Source: an uncultured Prochlorococcus sp.
GTDB taxonomy: Bacteria > Cyanobacteriota > Cyanobacteriia > PCC-6307 > Cyanobiaceae
Reading direction: 5' to 3'
Assembly: GCA_902625845.1 (NCBI GenBank)
Contig: CACOCT010000004.1
Span: 2,778-66,777 of the forward strand
Length of the DNA: 64,000 nt
The translations under genes and the position numbers were made by a program. Positions 63,040 to 64,000 of this stretch are shown here, in pieces. Each line of letters begins with the position of its first letter. Positions within the stretch are counted from its first letter, which is position 1. The notes under the pieces are model-generated. The model had not been told where the DNA came from. It did no database searches and worked only from the letters and a program-made list of their open reading frames with translations.

Positions 63040-63849
63040 ATGATTTGGCCTTTTAGAAGAAAATCCAAAAAAAGGATTGCTCGAATTGTAATTGAAGAAC
63101 CTATTTCAAGTTCCACAAGAGTCGCTACTCTTAAAGCAATTAAACAAGTTGAAGAGAGAGAATTTCCAGCTCTTATTTTGAGAATTGATAGCCCAGGAGG
63201 TACTGTTGGAGATAGTCAAGAAATTTATTCAGCACTCAATAGACTCAAATCGAAAGGCTGTAAAGTTATAGCTAGTTTCGGCAATATTTCTGCTTCTGGG
63301 GGAGTCTATATAGGTGTAGCAGCAGACAAGATAGTCGCAAATCCTGGAACGATAACAGGCTCAATAGGAGTCATAATTAGAGGAAATAATATATCAGAAC
63401 TATTAAGTAAAATTGGTATTAAATTTGAGACAGTCAAAAGTGGTCTTTTTAAAGATATACTTTCACCTGATAAACCTCTAAGTAAAGAAGGTCGAGATTT
63501 ACTACAGAATCTAATCGATGAGAGTTATGAACAATTTACAAATGCTGTATCTGAAGGGAGAAATATTCCAGTTGAAGAAGTTAAAAAGTTTGCTGATGGA
63601 AGAATTTTCACAGGTTCTCAAGCCAAGGATTTAGGTTTAGTAGATGAAATTGGTGATGAGTACAAAGCAAGAGAAATAGCCTCCGAAATGACAAATACTG
63701 ATTTAAAAATTGAACCCCTAACGATTGGGAAAAAAAAGAAGAAAATTTTTGGACTAATTCCTGGGAGTGAATTTACTGAAAAATTAATAAATATGCTTAG
63801 CTTTGAAATTGAGACAATCAATAAATTACTTTGGCTATATAAACCTTAA
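63040..63849 (+). CDS. sppA: Signal peptide peptidase SppA (S49)
   Basis: RIDSPGG, SASGGVY and TGSIGV motifs. Confidence 0.93.
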   Translation: MIWPFRRKSKKRIARIVIEEPISSSTRVATLKAIKQVEEREFPALILRIDSPGGTVGDSQEIYSALNRLKSKGCKVIASFGNISASGGVYIGVAADKIVANPGTITGSIGVIIRGNNISELLSKIGIKFETVKSGLFKDILSPDKPLSKEGRDLLQNLIDESYEQFTNAVSEGRNIPVEEVKKFADGRIFTGSQAKDLGLVDEIGDEYKAREIASEMTNTDLKIEPLTIGKKKKKIFGLIPGSEFTEKLINMLSFEIETINKLLWLYKP

Positions 63850-63857
63850 GGATCGGC

Positions 63858-64000
63858 ATGATTGGAAAAACTAATCCTAATCTCAAATTAACTGCTTTAA
63901 GGGGTGCTACTACATCTAAAGGTGATTCAGATTCTTTTATAAAAGATGCTGTTATTGAGCTTATTCAAGAATTAATAACTCGAAATAACCTTAATCAAGA
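63858..64000 (+). CDS. aroH: Chorismate mutase, AroH type (partial)
   Basis: Manual translation MIGKTNPNLKLTALRGATT...AVIELIQELITRNNL. Confidence 0.85.
   Translation, partial: MIGKTNPNLKLTALRGATTSKGDSDSFIKDAVIELIQELITRNNLNQ

Overview
Very AT-rich, gene-dense chromosome segment of a streamlined Prochlorococcus. The assignment rests on a Pcb antenna gene, a D2 protein with the Prochlorococcus-type insertion and the Yfr1 sRNA. Most of the window is core genome: gyrA, guaB-yfr1-trxA-hisH, petG, chlI-ruvC, hom, a peptide ABC transporter, ychF, polA-cysS-dxr, pntAB, NTRC, infA, petM, ilvH, ycf4, psbDC, cobQ, glyQ, pcb, isiB, sppA and aroH. I found no rRNA, tRNA, CRISPR, integrase or transposase. 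The recurring theme is iron economy. (1) A locus at about 45.9-50.9 kb places futA divergent from a PiuC/PKHD-type Fe(II)/2OG hydroxylase. The hydroxylase is followed by a small secreted acidic peptide ending in CIPIGEGENCW, which converges on two tandem porins. Both porins carry Yfr1-complementary sites at their ribosome-binding regions, and one has a related GGEG motif instead of an SLH domain. (2) isiB and an iron-stress-type pcb lie nearby. (3) Two iron-protein genes that I recall at these positions in other Prochlorococcus (cytM beside petG, a ferredoxin after dxr) are absent, which fits a low-iron (HNLC, HLIII/HLIV-like) lineage. The best candidate for an undescribed system is the hydroxylase + secreted Cys-loop peptide + porin pair + FutA module, possibly a ribosomal-peptide-assisted iron capture system. 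That function is a hypothesis. All synteny comparisons are from memory and were not computed.
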